Source: Patescibacteria group bacterium
GTDB taxonomy: Bacteria; Patescibacteriota; Minisyncoccia; Phycocordibacterales; PALSA-1337
Direction of reading: 5' to 3'
NCBI GenBank assembly: GCA_004298345.1
Contig: SCTV01000075.1
Location: 1 to 27,005 of the forward strand
DNA length: 27,005 bases
Part shown: piece by piece, positions 25,032 to 27,005 of the stretch
How positions within the stretch are numbered: position 1 is the stretch's first letter
Layout of the letters: the number at the start of each line of letters is the position of its first letter
Translations under genes and position numbers: made by a program
Notes under the pieces: model-generated
What the model saw: only the letters and a program-made list of their open reading frames with translations
Told to the model about the DNA's origin: nothing
The model's database searches: none

Positions 25032-25077
25032 AAAACAAAATCCCCCGCGGCGTACTCGCCGCGGGGGATTTTGTTTT
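25032..25077. terminator. Bidirectional intrinsic terminator between the surface protein and thrS (TACT loop)
   Basis: AAAACAAAATCCCCCGCGGCG-TACT-CGCCGCGGGGGATTTTGTTTT. Confidence 0.92.
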
Positions 25078-25085
25078 CTTGCTAG

Positions 25086-26333
25086 CTATTTTTTCTCCCT
25101 GATCTCTTTATTCAATTTTTCCAACACTTCTTCGGCACTCATCTGGCCAAGGTTGCCACTGTCTCGACTTTCGAGAGTAACTTTTTGAGCAGCAATGTCT
25201 TTGTCACCAATGATGATGAAGTAAGGAATCTTTTCTACTTTTGCAGCACGGACTTTTTTGCCAAAACCTTCATTTCCAAGTGAGAGCTCGCAGCGAATCT
25301 GCGCTTCACGGAGCATTGTGTATACCTTTTTTGCCTCTGCCTGGTGTTGCTCATCTATTGGAATAATTTTTACCTGTACCGGAGAAAGCCAGAGAGGGAA
25401 GGCGCCCATATATTTTTCAATAAGAAAAGCAATGATACGTTCGATCGCACCGACCGATGAGCGGTGTACCACTCGAGCGAGCTCTTCTTTGCCGGCTTCA
25501 TTTATGTAAGTCAGATTAAATCGGCCAGGCATACAGAAGTCGTACTGGACGGTAAAGGCGGTGTCCTCTTTGCCATTAGCATTTTTCATCTGAATATCTA
25601 TCTTTGGGCCATAAAATGCCGCTTCATCTTTTGCTTCAGTAAACTTACTTCCTCGCTTTTTCAACAATGCACGCAAGAGCCCCTCGCTTTTTTCCCATGC
25701 AGCATCATCTTTGTGGTATTTTTCAGTGTTGGTGATATCACCGAGGGAAAGTCTGTACCAGTAGTCAGTATCTTTTTTGAGACCCATAGTTTCGGTCACA
25801 AATTCGATGAGGTCGAGTGCCTTACCGATTTCTTCTGTAGCTTGCTCATCATCTTTACAGATAATATGTGCATCTGAAAGACAAAATGTACGAACACGCT
25901 GAAGACCCATGAGCTCTCCAGATTGCTCATATCGATAGAGCCGTGCAAGCTCGGCAATACGTACCGGTAGTTCTTTGTACGTATGTGGTTTGCGGAGATA
26001 GAGCTCGAAATGATGGGGACAGGTCATCGGACGGAGCATAAATTCCTCATCATCGATTTTGATCGGCGCATACATTGAATCCTGATAATGTGGATAGTGA
26101 CCAGACTTACGGTAGAGATCAAGCTTGGCGATCTCTGGTGTGTAGACGTGTTTGTAGTCGCGCCTAGTTTCCTCGTCCACGATAAAGCGTTCGAGCTCAC
26201 GGCGAATCACCGAGCCTTTTTCGGTCCAGAGGGGAAGACCTTTGCCGACTGATGTTGAAAAAGCAAAGAGGTCGAGCTCTTTTCCGAGTTTTTTGTGATC
26301 GCGCTCTTCGGGAGCGGGTGTTGGTGTTGTCAT
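25086..26333 (-). CDS. thrS: Threonyl-tRNA synthetase, short form lacking N-terminal TGS/editing domains (415 aa)
   Basis: It begins directly at RDHKKLGKELDLF. Motifs LYRKSGHY, LRPMTCPHH, ELARLYRYEQSGELMGLQRVRTF, DAHI, AFYGPKIDI, TVQYDF, VHRSSVGAIER and FPLWLSPVQV, then the anticodon-binding domain. Confidence 0.95.
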   Translation of the reverse strand: MTTPTPAPEERDHKKLGKELDLFAFSTSVGKGLPLWTEKGSVIRRELERFIVDEETRRDYKHVYTPEIAKLDLYRKSGHYPHYQDSMYAPIKIDDEEFMLRPMTCPHHFELYLRKPHTYKELPVRIAELARLYRYEQSGELMGLQRVRTFCLSDAHIICKDDEQATEEIGKALDLIEFVTETMGLKKDTDYWYRLSLGDITNTEKYHKDDAAWEKSEGLLRALLKKRGSKFTEAKDEAAFYGPKIDIQMKNANGKEDTAFTVQYDFCMPGRFNLTYINEAGKEELARVVHRSSVGAIERIIAFLIEKYMGAFPLWLSPVQVKIIPIDEQHQAEAKKVYTMLREAQIRCELSLGNEGFGKKVRAAKVEKIPYFIIIGDKDIAAQKVTLESRDSGNLGQMSAEEVLEKLNKEIREKK

Positions 26334-26363
26334 GTTAATAAAATTATAAATAATAACGAAACT

Positions 26364-26521
26364 GCCCGAGCGATTCAGACAAAATATGTCTGAGTCGCTC
26401 GGGCGGGGAGATTCCTCGTGGTTCCACCGAGCTTTCCGTTTGAGACGGACACTTCATTACTTCAGATTAGGGTTGTTACCTCGCTTGCGCGTTTGCGGGT
26501 GGTAGCCGCAACAACTTCTGT
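26364..26521 (-). promoter_or_regulatory. T-box riboswitch-like leader of thrS
   Basis: On the minus strand: Stem III TCCGT-CTCAA-ACGGA, then AA-GCTCGG-TGGAACC-ACG (T-box). GCTCGG can pair with the downstream CCGAGC, which also forms part of an 18-bp terminator-like hairpin (26364-26404). Confidence 0.85.
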
Positions 26522-26527
26522 ATTTAT

Positions 26528-26556
26528 AGTATATGCCCGATTTGGGCGTAGGTCAA
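26528..26556 (-). promoter_or_regulatory. Promoter for the thrS leader, TTGACC-N17-TATACT
   Basis: The + strand has GGTCAA at 26551-26556 and AGTATA at 26528-26533. Confidence 0.75.
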
Positions 26557-26648
26557 ATGATTGACTTTTTTGGTTCACAGATGTATCGTTTTCTTGGACT
26601 TTGAAATCCCTGCTATTGTGGCGGGGTATCTTTGTGAAAGGGAACGTT

Positions 26649-27005
26649 ATGCACTTTGGCTTAGTAATCGTCCTTTGGGGCACATCTGGTCTTGCCGGAA
26701 CCCTGAATGTCGTGACAGGTGGCTCAAGAATGGTTTCTGACATATTTGCCTTCTATAATCTGGCGGGCATGATAGGGACTGTGGGGATTTTTCTCTGGAG
26801 GAAGAAGCATGGTCCAATCAGTGTGCGATCAAATCTCGTTACCGTGAAGATTATCATGGCAGGTTTGATCGGCCAAAACTTTGGACTAGGTGTCATCATG
26901 CTCTATTGTTTCTTCACCTCTCCTTTGGGGAATCTTCCGGTTTTCCCACTGATAGTAACTTTCCTGATGGCGGCGGTTTCTATCCTCGGAAGGTGTCTGG
27001 CTGTG
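26649..27005 (+). CDS. EamA/DMT-like membrane transporter, 3'-truncated by window edge (absent from the ORF track)
   Basis: The frame is open from 26565 to the window end. It translates MHFGLVIVLWGTSGLAG...DIFAFYNLAGMIGTVGIFLWRKK...IIMAGLIGQNFGLGVIML...LPVFPLIVTFLMAAVSILG. The start could also be TTG 26601 or GTG 26634. Confidence 0.7.
   Translation, partial: MHFGLVIVLWGTSGLAGTLNVVTGGSRMVSDIFAFYNLAGMIGTVGIFLWRKKHGPISVRSNLVTVKIIMAGLIGQNFGLGVIMLYCFFTSPLGNLPVFPLIVTFLMAAVSILGRCLAV

Noticed and set aside
26713-26725. Exact 13-bp copy of the tRNA-Thr 3' end (TGACAGGTGGCTC) as a possible attR of an 11-kb island
   Set aside because: It lies inside the EamA-like reading frame (VTGGS), the intervening DNA holds core genes (pheS, gyrB, thrS), and no integrase is present. 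It is probably chance.
26462-26743. 93-aa minus-strand ORF upstream of thrS (possible leader peptide or lost N-domain)
   Set aside because: It runs across the thrS promoter and T-box 5' domain, is antisense to the EamA-like frame, and shows no TGS or editing similarity.
1-27005. Alternative genetic code (UGA=Gly or Trp)
   Set aside because: All conserved genes are full-length under code 11 with no in-frame TGA. Only stop-codon bias is seen, reported as a finding.

Overview
A 27-kb chromosomal window from a reduced-genome bacterium. The combination of a short EF-Ts, an N-terminally shortened RF1, a fused PheRS, an editing-less ThrRS, a coiled-coil lytic transglycosylase, glycolytic genes and few Shine-Dalgarno sites suggests Patescibacteria/CPR (Parcubacteria-like); this placement is inference, not a database result. 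The standard code (11) fits all genes. The window holds glycolysis genes (gpmI, PfkB kinase, class II fba), translation genes (rplY, rpmE, prfA, rpsB, tsf, pheS, thrS, tRNA-Thr(UGU)), gyrB, envelope genes and small accessory genes. I see no integrase, transposase or CRISPR array. The most notable signals are: (1) a T-box riboswitch-like leader on thrS, with a UGGA bulge matching the U73 discriminator of tRNA-Thr and an unusually short 5' domain; (2) a structured element behind tRNA-Thr whose ends are inverted and direct copies of that tRNA's own 3' end; (3) a mitochondrial-type monomeric PheRS and an editing-less ThrRS; (4) three families of dispersed intergenic palindromes; (5) repeated promoter-to-ATG spacing implying leaderless mRNAs; (6) near-absence of TGA stops.
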